Positions 10,202 through 19,181 of a stretch of 36,634 nucleotides of DNA are shown here, one piece after another. Made by a program: the position numbers and the translations under genes. Positions within the stretch are counted from its first letter, which is position 1. Every line of letters begins with the position of its first letter. Origin of the DNA: an uncultured Methanosarcinales archaeon. GTDB lineage: Archaea > Nanobdellota > Nanobdellia > Woesearchaeales > CALCXY01. Below the pieces are notes generated by a model that worked only from the letters and a program-made list of their open reading frames with translations, was not told the origin of the DNA and did no database searches. Location of the stretch: the NCBI GenBank assembly GCA_964385185.1, contig CAYLOA010000001.1, positions 76,507 to 113,140 of the forward strand, in the 5' to 3' direction.

Positions 10202-10288
10202 ATTACATCCTCCAATGTTTTTTTTTGAATTTCCTAACCATCTAAGGAACTATTTTACTTATAAAGAAACTTATTTATCATGAAAAAA

Positions 10289-10309
10289 AGAAGGCCAATT
10301 AGGCCTTCT
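10289..10309. promoter_or_regulatory. Inverted repeat AGAAGGCC-N5-GGCCTTCT between divergent genes (operator or hairpin)
   Basis: Perfect 8-bp arms; T-tract follows on the minus strand. Confidence 0.5.
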
Positions 10310-10385
10310 AACACTTTACAAAGCTTTATTTTCTCCTGTAACCCTTTACAGAAACATTTTTATAATAACGTCATAAAAAGGAGAT

Positions 10386-11063
10386 ATGTCTAAAGTATCT
10401 GTCTATTTGTTATTATTACTCACACTTTCTTGTGGTGTCTCTGCAGCAACCATTTCTGGAAATGTCTATGACTATATGTTATCCATCACAAATGATGTTA
10501 AAATTGAGGTAAATACAGCTCCTAGACAGATAATCGTTGCTAAAGAAGGCTCATATAGCTTCTCCGTGCCTAATGGAGAGTATATCTTAACTGCAACACA
10601 ACAAAATAATGGTATAATTGCAGCATCAGCCAGGGAAAACATCTCAGTTGTAGATGATGGAGCATTTACAGTAGATTTAATCTTATTTCCTGCCCTTGAT
10701 GAAGAAGAAAAACTGTTAGAAGAACCCATTGTTGATGTAAATATAGATGAACCTAACGCTACACCGATGTTCATTGGATTTATCTTACTCATATTATTGA
10801 TATTAATAGCATTCTATTTGAAAAGTAAAAAAACGGAGAAGAAAGAAAAGGCTGTGGTAATTGTTCCACAAGTAGAGGAAGATGATGTTGCAAAAGTGAT
10901 TTCCATAATTAAAAAAGAAGGTGGTCGTTGCACTCAAAAAGACATTAGAAAACAAATGCCCCTTTCTGAAGGTAAGATTTCTTTAATTATTACTCAATTA
11001 GAAAGTGAAGACAAAATTAAAAAGATTAAAAAAGGCCGTGGAAACATAATTGTATTAATCTAA
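10386..11063 (+). CDS. Membrane-tethered winged-HTH protein with exported beta-sandwich domain (COG2512-like)
   Basis: Signal peptide; ATISGNVYD...GSYSFSVPNGEYILTA (carboxypeptidase-regulatory-like); TM helix; wHTH GGRCTQKDIRKQMPLSEGKISLIITQLESEDKIKKIKKGRGNII. Confidence 0.85.
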   Translation: MSKVSVYLLLLLTLSCGVSAATISGNVYDYMLSITNDVKIEVNTAPRQIIVAKEGSYSFSVPNGEYILTATQQNNGIIAASARENISVVDDGAFTVDLILFPALDEEEKLLEEPIVDVNIDEPNATPMFIGFILLILLILIAFYLKSKKTEKKEKAVVIVPQVEEDDVAKVISIIKKEGGRCTQKDIRKQMPLSEGKISLIITQLESEDKIKKIKKGRGNIIVLI

Positions 11064-11387
11064 CTCTTCCTTCGGCTCATCATCTGCCATCCTAAACAAT
11101 ACAGTAACTCTATACACATCTTTAGAAGTTTGTTTATTCCTAGTAAAAATCTTTCTAGACATTTTTAACTCTCCTTTGAAAGCTTTCTTCATCTTATTAC
11201 CCATAGCTCGAGTAAATCTCTGATCTGAAATATACATGTCTACTCCATTCTTAAGAGTCTTAACTTTAGCAATGGTAGCTCCTCGTTTCTTAACTTGATT
11301 CCTAACAAAATTAATCAATTCATCATTAGGATTCCGCAATTGCAATATTGCTTCAAAGTATTGTGAGTGTCTTACAATTTCTGGCAT
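11055..11387 (-). CDS. nmd3: NMD3-family protein, short form
   Basis: YFEAILQLR, GVDMYISD and RNKQTSKDVYRVTVLFR match the C-terminal half of archaeal NMD3; the N-terminal Zn fingers are absent. Confidence 0.8.
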   Translation of the reverse strand: MPEIVRHSQYFEAILQLRNPNDELINFVRNQVKKRGATIAKVKTLKNGVDMYISDQRFTRAMGNKMKKAFKGELKMSRKIFTRNKQTSKDVYRVTVLFRMADDEPKEELD

Positions 11388-11446
11388 GTTTCTTCACAAA
11401 GAATAAAGTATTTCTTGATATATAAAAGGTTGGTATTGAATAAGAA

Positions 11447-12283
11447 TTAACCATCACAAATTCTAGTAGTGTCTAAATATTGGTTTTTGGCACTATTATG
11501 ATTGTGCTGCATAGTTGCAGCAACACTTTGAACAAAAAAAACTTCACTCAAATCAGTTGTTATATCTAAATGCGCCATCCATCCCTTATCAACCATTTCG
11601 TCCCCTAAAGCCCCTATTGATTCTGGATGCTGCCTACCAGGTGCATAACCTGCACGAGCAGGTGCAGTGTGTAATTCCAACTCCACATTTTCAAAACCAC
11701 TTTTTTGCCAACTTGGCCGATGTAAACTATCTTTAACTGGTTCACCTTGCTGAAGATTAATGCCTTTCTCATACTTAAAAATAGTTCTAGCATTTAGATC
11801 ACAAAGTCTAGCATCAACTATTTGATAAAGAGTACCATTAGCATTATATAGAGATAAAAATGATAAAACTTCCTTAGCTTGAAAATTTTCAGCTTTCGAA
11901 ATAGAGTGATTGTCTTGAATTCCTGCCCAAGACCTTGTGGAAGGTTCTCTTTGTGGATCTAATCCTTGAACTACATATACACTCATTCTAGGAACTTCAT
12001 CTCCATGATCATCAAATGCAATAGCTAAAGATTCTCCACCAGTAAGAATATCAATAGCTTTGTTGTGAGTACGAAATCTAGCTGTTGTTGGCTTTGCAAA
12101 GAAAATTAAACTCGGTTCATCGGGTTGAACTTGTAATCCCAAAGGATCTTGACGAAGAAACAAATCATGCCAATGAGGAACTCTTCTCAATTCACTAGAA
12201 ATATATTCAGGATTGATGTTATATGCATCGGAAAGATCATATTCCCTACCACCTAAATTTAGTATTTCAGCTGTTGTTTGTAT
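11447..12283 (-). CDS. Hypothetical protein (start uncertain: TTG 12190 or ATA 12283)
   Basis: The frame stays open upstream of 12190 to 12334; TATA-like box at 12305-12312. Confidence 0.6.
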   Translation of the reverse strand: MQTTAEILNLGGREYDLSDAYNINPEYISSELRRVPHWHDLFLRQDPLGLQVQPDEPSLIFFAKPTTARFRTHNKAIDILTGGESLAIAFDDHGDEVPRMSVYVVQGLDPQREPSTRSWAGIQDNHSISKAENFQAKEVLSFLSLYNANGTLYQIVDARLCDLNARTIFKYEKGINLQQGEPVKDSLHRPSWQKSGFENVELELHTAPARAGYAPGRQHPESIGALGDEMVDKGWMAHLDITTDLSEVFFVQSVAATMQHNHNSAKNQYLDTTRICDG

Positions 12284-12391
12284 ATAGATAGGATTAGAGT
12301 TGCATATATAAAGATTTGTAATAATACATTTATCCTATCTACAAAAATAAATCACAACTTATTTAAACAATATTAAAAAAAGAAATCTCCA

Positions 12392-12856
12392 CTAACGAAA
12401 ATAGGTCCAAAGTTCTGAATGGCTAGGATATCCTAAAGTGAATCTACCAATTGTTACTCCTTTTTCCTGTTCTATATATTTCCTAATTCCTAATGCACGA
12501 GTACCTTCATATGAAATCTCCATAACATCATATTCGTCCCCTTGTGATTTAAAAATATGTGATTTCCAATGAACTATATGTAATTTTGGAGATAATCCAA
12601 GATATACGAAGCACACTAACCTCCCTAAATTTCTTACAATATACTCTCCAGTCTTTGGTATCTTTTCATCCTCAAGTTGAACTGAACCAGCATCTAGATG
12701 AAACAAATCGGAAAATCTAGCAATATATGGACTATCCACACCAATACATTCAACTATTGAATCAGCCTTAGAAAAGTGTAAGTTTGCATCAAACTCCTCG
12801 GATTCTAAGTTGAACAACTCTCCGATTGTATCTGAAAGCTCTTTTTGTGATTTCAC
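12392..12856 (-). CDS. Hypothetical protein
   Basis: 154 aa; GTG start 23 nt from a TATA-like box at 12879-12886. Confidence 0.65.
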   Translation of the reverse strand: MKSQKELSDTIGELFNLESEEFDANLHFSKADSIVECIGVDSPYIARFSDLFHLDAGSVQLEDEKIPKTGEYIVRNLGRLVCFVYLGLSPKLHIVHWKSHIFKSQGDEYDVMEISYEGTRALGIRKYIEQEKGVTIGRFTLGYPSHSELWTYFR

Positions 12857-13008
12857 TACAAAAGGAAATGTTCAAAAGTATATAAATTAATTCCTTTCCA
12901 ATAATTATATTATTCGGTAGAAAAACATATTGACGCAATACTCTAAGAATATGGGGAAGTTATCGATTAAAACATAAGGTTTTTAAACAATTCTGAAACA
13001 TAATATGC

Positions 13009-13572
13009 ATGGATCTAAAGGTTGTTGCAAAAAAAGCATGGCATTTTATTTGGCATGAAGATTCATTTGCTTCTTGGATGGTAAATATTCTATTAGCATT
13101 CATCATCATAAAATATGCAGTCTATCCAGGTTTAGGAGCTGTATTTGGAACATCACATCCTATAGTAGCCGTAGTTTCTGGTTCAATGGAACATGACGGA
13201 TCGTTTGAAGATTGGTGGTCAATACATCATACGTTCTATGAAGATCTTGGAATAACTAAAGAGGAATTCCAAACATACACCTTCAAAAACGGTTTTAACA
13301 CAGGAGATATTATAATCCTGAAAGGAACTTCTGTAGAGAATACAAAGAGGGGAGATGTCGTAGTTTTTTGGTCTGGAAGGTCAGATCCTATAATTCACCG
13401 TACGATTAAACTAGGAGATACACTCCAAACAAAAGGAGATCATAATATCGCATCAAACAGTGACGAAATGGCAATTGAAGATAAACAGATAATAGGGAAA
13501 GCTTTTTTAAGGGTACCGTACCTCGGATGGATAAAGATACTGTTTGTTAATGCAATCAGTATATTCAGGTGA
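13009..13572 (+). CDS. sec11: Signal peptidase I, archaeal Sec11 type
   Basis: TM helix, VVSGSME (catalytic Ser), GDVVVF, PIIHR (His), TKGDHN, RVPYLGWIK. Confidence 0.93.
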   Translation: MDLKVVAKKAWHFIWHEDSFASWMVNILLAFIIIKYAVYPGLGAVFGTSHPIVAVVSGSMEHDGSFEDWWSIHHTFYEDLGITKEEFQTYTFKNGFNTGDIIILKGTSVENTKRGDVVVFWSGRSDPIIHRTIKLGDTLQTKGDHNIASNSDEMAIEDKQIIGKAFLRVPYLGWIKILFVNAISIFR

Positions 13573-13576
13573 TAAC

Positions 13577-13903
13577 ATGATATTTTGCCCAAAATGCGGA
13601 AGTTTACTAAAACCATCAACAGTAGGAAGTAAGAAAATAATGGCTTGTAGCTGTGGTTTTAAAGATAAAGATACAAAAGATGCAACTATTAAAGAAGCGG
13701 TTGATCATTCTGCAGAACCTAAAGTAGAAGTGGTTAATGAAAATCAAGATATGCAATCATTACCTCAGGTGGAAGAGAAATGTCCTGAATGTGAACATGA
13801 AATGGCACGATTCTGGACGGTTCAAACAAGAGCTGCAGACGAACCTGAAACTAAATTCTTCAGATGTGAGAAGTGTAAGCATACTTGGCGAGATTATAAT
13901 TAA
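13577..13903 (+). CDS. tfs: Transcription factor S (TFS)
   Basis: MIFCPKCGSLL...CSCG and CPEC...QTRAADEPETKFFRCEKCKHTWR with the acidic DE tip intact; SD AGGTGA before ATG 13577. Confidence 0.96.
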   Translation: MIFCPKCGSLLKPSTVGSKKIMACSCGFKDKDTKDATIKEAVDHSAEPKVEVVNENQDMQSLPQVEEKCPECEHEMARFWTVQTRAADEPETKFFRCEKCKHTWRDYN

Positions 13904-13931
13904 TTTTTCTCAGTTAATATAATTAAAAAGC

Positions 13932-13953
13932 CCCATCTCCCGTAAGAGATGGG
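13932..13953. terminator. Hairpin between convergent units
   Basis: CCCATCTC-CCGTAA-GAGATGGG, perfect 8-bp stem; T-tract downstream on the minus strand. Confidence 0.6.
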
Positions 13954-13970
13954 AAAAGCAATTAAGAAGT

Positions 13971-14075
13971 TTAAGCCATTTCTAGATCTCTTAGATCAGT
14001 CCCATCTACAATTTCATCGAAATCATAAAAGTCTCCAACTAATAGTCTGTTATACTTTGGTTTGTAAAATTCCAT
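13971..14075 (-). CDS. Putative 34-aa microprotein
   Basis: MEFYKPKYNRLLVGDFYDFDEIVDGTDLRDLEMA with a strong SD GAGGTGA. Confidence 0.6.
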   Translation of the reverse strand: MEFYKPKYNRLLVGDFYDFDEIVDGTDLRDLEMA

Positions 14076-14132
14076 AAGTTCACCTCAAAATTTTATTTTT
14101 GATGGTGCCACAGACTATGTCTGGGTGCACCT

Positions 14133-14297
14133 CTAATTTTTTTCTTCAAATTTAGCGCCACATTTAGGACACTGTTTAGTTATCGTATTAATAGGAACCA
14201 TCTCTTCAATGCAATTTCCACAGAGTAATAGCGGTTTCTCTAATATAATGCCTATTGGATCACACGCCATATCAATTTCCATTGCTTCGCTCGCCAT
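14133..14297 (-). CDS. Putative 54-aa zinc-ribbon microprotein
   Basis: MASEAMEIDMACDPIGIILEKPLLLCGNCIEEMVPINTITKQCPKCGAKFEEKN; CGNC and CPKCG; starts 1 nt after the upstream stop. Confidence 0.7.
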   Translation of the reverse strand: MASEAMEIDMACDPIGIILEKPLLLCGNCIEEMVPINTITKQCPKCGAKFEEKN

Positions 14298-14298
14298 A

Positions 14299-14469
14299 TT
14301 ACAGTTCTATTTCGGTTTCTTCAGGCTCCTCCATTGCTTCTTCCCAGCCTCGCATAAATGCTTCTTCTTCAGCTGAAATAATATCATCTTCAACTAAACT
14401 ATCTCTTTCTGCCTGAGAATATACTCCTGCATCTTTACCTTCTTCACTCCAATCTTCTTCGTCATACAT
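14299..14469 (-). CDS. Small highly acidic protein (56 aa)
   Basis: MYDEEDWSEE...LVEDDIISAEEEAFMRGWEEAM; SD GGGGTG before ATG 14469. Confidence 0.75.
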   Translation of the reverse strand: MYDEEDWSEEGKDAGVYSQAERDSLVEDDIISAEEEAFMRGWEEAMEEPEETEIEL

Positions 14470-14662
14470 GCTGACACCCCCGAATGATAACTCATTCATG
14501 TTCTTTTTTTCGGAATAAATCCGATATTCACCCCATTTTTTTGTTAGCAACCACAGTCTTGTGAGTAATAAATACTGTAAAGGGAAGAATTCTTATATAG
14601 TTATGGCTAATACATTATAAATTTTATATAAATCACAATATTTATAAATAAGTTATAATCTC

Positions 14663-14678
14663 TATCAATTAATTGATA
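14663..14678. promoter_or_regulatory. Perfect 16-bp palindrome upstream of the AbrB-PhoU regulator
   Basis: TATCAATTAATTGATA in the divergent promoter region; the AT-rich context raises the chance of a random match. Confidence 0.4.
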
Positions 14679-14716
14679 TAATTATATTTTTTTATGTAAA
14701 TTATAATGGGGTGTAA

Positions 14717-15631
14717 ATGAAAAGACGAGTAATTCAAATTGCAGGATCTACACAACTAGTTTCTCTTCCTAGAAAATGGGCCATTAAACAAGGCATACAA
14801 AAGGGTGATGAAATAGACGTCGTTGAAGACGGTGATAAGATTGTTATTTCTACTAACAAAGTTTTAGAAGTAAAAAAAGTACAATTAGATGTTAAAAAAA
14901 TTGATAACCTGTTAATCAGAATGTTATCTGCATACTACAAAGCAGGATATGACGAAGTTGAATTAAGATTTAATGGCACATTTCCTACAGAAAGAATTGC
15001 CGATGAATTAAAAAAACATATGCCGGGATTTGAAATCCTAGATCAAACAAAATCACACTGTTTAATTAAATCCATATCAGAAGAACATGTAGTTGAATTT
15101 GAAGCTTCCTTAAGGAGAGTATTCTTAATAACAATCACCATGGCGAAAAACATGTTAGAAACTTTAAAAAATCCTAAAGAAAATGACCCAAAACAATTCT
15201 TAGTATTAGAACAAACAAATAATAGGTTTACGAACTTTTGTGAAAGACTCTTAAATAAACATGGCCTTGATTCATACAAAAATAGTAATCTTATTTATAC
15301 CATTGTATGGGAATTAGAAAAGGTTGCAGACGAACTAAAATATATGGCTTTATTCATTGAAGAATCTAAATTAACTAAAAGTGTGTCAAAAGAAACATTA
15401 CAAACATATGAATCTGTATTACAACTTATTGATAAATTCTACGAAGTATATTATCGATATGATTCTACATTATTAAATGAATTAAACGACATTAGAAAAA
15501 AAGTAATTGGTGATTGCAATACATTAATGTCATCTAAAAAAAATAATGAAATAAAGATGATACATCATTTTATTAATATTTCTCAAATGATCTATAACAT
15601 GACTGGATGCTTAATTGCCCTTAAAAGCTAA
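14717..15631 (+). CDS. AbrB-domain / PhoU-family regulator
   Basis: RRVIQIAGSTQLVSLPRKWAIKQGIQKGDEIDV (AbrB), AYYKAGYDEV, PGFEILDQ, ELEKVADE (PhoU-like). Confidence 0.9.
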   Translation: MKRRVIQIAGSTQLVSLPRKWAIKQGIQKGDEIDVVEDGDKIVISTNKVLEVKKVQLDVKKIDNLLIRMLSAYYKAGYDEVELRFNGTFPTERIADELKKHMPGFEILDQTKSHCLIKSISEEHVVEFEASLRRVFLITITMAKNMLETLKNPKENDPKQFLVLEQTNNRFTNFCERLLNKHGLDSYKNSNLIYTIVWELEKVADELKYMALFIEESKLTKSVSKETLQTYESVLQLIDKFYEVYYRYDSTLLNELNDIRKKVIGDCNTLMSSKKNNEIKMIHHFINISQMIYNMTGCLIALKS

Positions 15632-18563
15632 CATTTCTTACTATTATATTCTTAGTATGTTCTTTTATAGAAGAATAAACTTGAATAAGTGAATTACACT
15701 TAGAAGATATATCTAAAGATCCCATTCTTCGAGAATACTGTTCAGCTCCAATTATTGCCATATCCATCTGTGCTAATCCTCTTCTAAGTATTGTATTTGA
15801 CTGAGCAGGAGTAATCAATTCTCCAGCCTCATTCATATTCCTTAAATAACTAACAAATGTAGCATAACTCGTCAATGCTTTAAGACTGATTGAATCGTGA
15901 TAGAGGGGCAAAAATGATTTTTCCAATTGTTCTCCAAACTGTGGATCCATTGCACCAGGATAATTATTCTTAGGTGCTTGAATCATGTGGCAAAATTGCT
16001 GTAGTCCGTCAAGATACTTAACTAAAGCTGGACTATCTGCAGATTTTTGTTTTCGTAATTCCAAATATCTAATTATTCCTTTGTTAGCGTCTCCGTGTGA
16101 TCGTGCTTTACATTGTGAAATATTCTTTATCTCAGCTTCTATTTGATCAAATGATGGATAACCTCCTGCATAGCTAAATGCTTTAAGTGCTCCTTCTGCA
16201 TCATAAAATAAGGTAGAATCCTTTCCTGCGTGCTCTTTAGAGGTTGTTGAATATCTTCTTAAATCTATAAGGTCTCTTTTCATTTGATCAGCTACAAACG
16301 AAACATAATCGTCCCCATATGCTGAAGCCAATCGATTAAAAGTTAGACTCAATGCATGATCATAATCTTGGAGAAAAGATATAGCCTGAGCATCCAAATA
16401 ACCAACAAACGAATCTTTTAGAGATTCATAATCTTGAGATAATGTTTGTGGATCTCTATCAGATTCAAATATCCAAGGATCAAGATTTTTTGTTTCCAAA
16501 TGTTGCTTCCACATAGTACCTAATTGCCACATGTTAGCCATTTCGATATTGATAGGAAATAATCTTGATACCCAATCAAATTTATATATAAAATCATCCT
16601 TTGCATCAATGGCCATATTTCCATCATAATTATCAGGAGAGAAAACTATGGGGAAAGAATTTGGATCATTCTCAACAGTTTCCAACATTAAAGTATTTAA
16701 TGCATCTCGATGATGATATAAAAACTGTAAATCTGTAGATTCATATGATTCTTTAGCAAATCCAAATAGCCATTCAAATGAAGGTATTATTCTATCTATG
16801 AGACGACTAGAGAAAAAATCAGACAGTGTACCAATATCTTCATGAAAATTACCATGTATAGGTCCATTAGCCAATAAATATGCTGAAGCAGTATAACCTT
16901 CTTCAAATTTTTCAAGTCGTTCAGAAGTAGGAATCTCCTTGTCTAACAAATAATCAGTTAAAAGTGTGGGGTTAAATTTTTCAATTTCCAACAACGTTCC
17001 CACTGATCCATCTCCATCTTCGATTAATGCATCTCCCCTAAATCCTGACAAATTAGTAAACAATGGCGCTTCATATACATCAGGTAATTGATGAGCGAAT
17101 GCACTATCTTGGGCCCATCTATTTAATCGATTCATAGCTTGCCAAGTGATCCCACTCTTTTTAATTAAATCTGGTTCTCCTAACTTGAGCAATGCCAAAA
17201 CCTCTCCCGCTTCCATAATATAAGTTGAAGTTCGATGAGGACTACTAGGTCTGTGAGATTCTCGAGTCTCATCAACTAATCTTCTTAATTCAGTTAAAAT
17301 TTGAAAATGCAGTGGATTTGTTTGAACATTTCCCAATGTCGCATCATCTAATGCAAATTTTAAATTTTGACTTGATCTTTCTCTCTGATCTCCAGGAAGA
17401 TTATGCATAATATCCATAAGTTGATTAGAAGCAAAAACAGAAACTTCCTCATTTGAAGATCCTAGATATTTGAAAACGATATTTTGAATATTTTTCCTAT
17501 ACGACAAATCGCCACCTTTAGCCCTCTGAAGAGCCAATTGAGCTTGCCCATATATTTGATGAAATTGATCATCACTTGATAATAAAAGAGGGAGTTCCAT
17601 TTCTCGAAATTTATGTTCTTGGATATACTTTCTTTGATCTTGCATCGAAAAATAAGCAGGATCATGTTCAAAATCATCTGAAATTGCATTTACAAAATCA
17701 TGAAGATGACCTGGAAAATGCTTAGCATCATATTTTCGAAAAGTGATAAGTCCTTCATTCATTCCCAATAATAAGATACGATTATTTCGCATAGAAGAAT
17801 GTCCATAATAACATAAAATAGGGACATATGCTAGAGGGTCTTCTTTTTTGACTGCATCTTCATTATGCTTCAAAATAAGATGTAATATATTTGAAGCCTC
17901 AATAGATCGTCGAGTCCCTGAATTAATATTCAATACAGCACCTGTAGGTATAGCAAAAAGATATGAATCCAAAGCACTGTCATAATCATTAACCATGTGT
18001 ACTGAAAGATCTGTCTGTGTACAAATTGAGGTATACATCGATTCATGTTGAGGAGTATCAAACACCAATACATGTGGAGACCTGTGATTTTGTCCCTTCA
18101 TTGTTGTTATTAAACTTACAACAGTATTCAATAATGAAGGATCGGGAAACGTAACATACTCATCTCTATTAGTTCTATTGCAATCTCGAAAAGCTCCAGG
18201 CATCTGGAATCTTTCTTCATCAACATTTACTAAACCTAGAAAATTAATTCTTTTTTTGAATTGAGCTGCTATTTGTCTCACTTGTTTATATGTTTCCACC
18301 ATATCTTTACCATCACCTGTTGTACTTACAACTGCATGGGGGAAATTTGAATCACCTACACAAGTTTCTTCCAATGTTTTTTGCAATGCAAGTCTTGGGA
18401 AAAATTGAGATCGACCAACAGAACCTAATAAATTAGAAATATCCTCTTGGGAATGACAAACCACCTCACCATCCTCTTGAGATTGCCAAATTTGTGGAAA
18501 ACTATTATGATCTACATAAAAATGAATTCGATGCCTTGAATTATCTGATTTTTCACTTGACAT
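15621..18563 (-). CDS. Large protein: two degenerate receiver-like domains plus an APH/choline-kinase-like domain
   Basis: 980 aa; REC-like patterns (DEYVTFPDPSLL; VLVFD..PTGAVLNIN..VPILCYYG..FRK); kinase-like ALLK, SPDNYDGN, YKFDW. The CDS is secure; the domain call is an inference. Confidence 0.65.
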   Translation of the reverse strand: MSSEKSDNSRHRIHFYVDHNSFPQIWQSQEDGEVVCHSQEDISNLLGSVGRSQFFPRLALQKTLEETCVGDSNFPHAVVSTTGDGKDMVETYKQVRQIAAQFKKRINFLGLVNVDEERFQMPGAFRDCNRTNRDEYVTFPDPSLLNTVVSLITTMKGQNHRSPHVLVFDTPQHESMYTSICTQTDLSVHMVNDYDSALDSYLFAIPTGAVLNINSGTRRSIEASNILHLILKHNEDAVKKEDPLAYVPILCYYGHSSMRNNRILLLGMNEGLITFRKYDAKHFPGHLHDFVNAISDDFEHDPAYFSMQDQRKYIQEHKFREMELPLLLSSDDQFHQIYGQAQLALQRAKGGDLSYRKNIQNIVFKYLGSSNEEVSVFASNQLMDIMHNLPGDQRERSSQNLKFALDDATLGNVQTNPLHFQILTELRRLVDETRESHRPSSPHRTSTYIMEAGEVLALLKLGEPDLIKKSGITWQAMNRLNRWAQDSAFAHQLPDVYEAPLFTNLSGFRGDALIEDGDGSVGTLLEIEKFNPTLLTDYLLDKEIPTSERLEKFEEGYTASAYLLANGPIHGNFHEDIGTLSDFFSSRLIDRIIPSFEWLFGFAKESYESTDLQFLYHHRDALNTLMLETVENDPNSFPIVFSPDNYDGNMAIDAKDDFIYKFDWVSRLFPINIEMANMWQLGTMWKQHLETKNLDPWIFESDRDPQTLSQDYESLKDSFVGYLDAQAISFLQDYDHALSLTFNRLASAYGDDYVSFVADQMKRDLIDLRRYSTTSKEHAGKDSTLFYDAEGALKAFSYAGGYPSFDQIEAEIKNISQCKARSHGDANKGIIRYLELRKQKSADSPALVKYLDGLQQFCHMIQAPKNNYPGAMDPQFGEQLEKSFLPLYHDSISLKALTSYATFVSYLRNMNEAGELITPAQSNTILRRGLAQMDMAIIGAEQYSRRMGSLDISSKCNSLIQVYSSIKEHTKNIIVRNVSF

Positions 18564-18734
18564 AAATAATCCAGAAGGCTGTGAAATAGCAGCTTATGCA
18601 AAATAATTTTGGAAATTTAATGGATTTTTCCGAATAATACGGCATACCAATAAACAACCCCCCCATGGTCAAGGTTCAATATACCATTTAAAAATGTTTC
18701 TATTTATAAGTGACACTTAGAAATAAATTGTAAT

Positions 18735-19082
18735 TTACTGATATGCTGGATTCTTAATTCTTGAAGGTCTATGAGATTTTGGGGGAGATAATTGCCCAGT
18801 ATCTACTAAATAATTTTGCACGTAGGAAGCTAGAGAACCTTGTGATTGTAAAATTTGCAATCCATTTTCTAATCCTGCGGAATTTATTTCTGGAGTTTTA
18901 TCTACCCAAATTTTTACTGCAGCCACTAAATCATCTTCATCTAAATTCTGGAGTTGAGAAGCATCGTATTTATTTTCCTTTAAGAACAAATATACTGCCG
19001 ATCCTGCTCGTTTAAGATTAGAATCTTGACTTCTCCCCCCATAAGTAGATTTATTGCTATTACGAATTCCTATGAATGTCAT
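18735..19082 (-). CDS. Hypothetical protein
   Basis: 115 aa; TATA-like box at 19103-19110. Confidence 0.65.
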   Translation of the reverse strand: MTFIGIRNSNKSTYGGRSQDSNLKRAGSAVYLFLKENKYDASQLQNLDEDDLVAAVKIWVDKTPEINSAGLENGLQILQSQGSLASYVQNYLVDTGQLSPPKSHRPSRIKNPAYQ

Positions 19083-19181
19083 ACCTCATTGGAAACCAGA
19101 ACTATTTAAAAAGCTTACGTTTTATAATCAAAACTTATATAATTTATATTAAAATTAATTCAGGAAATAAGTAGTGATAAT

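Noticed and set aside
9126..10283. Ser-rich plus-strand ORFs of 151 and 160 aa, and similar short track ORFs elsewhere
   Set aside because: Antisense reading of Glu/Asp/Arg codons in real genes; no start signals.
18658..18664. G7 tract as a phase-variation switch fusing the upstream ORF to the kinase
   Set aside because: The kinase frame has a TAA at 18594-18596, so slippage would not create a fusion.
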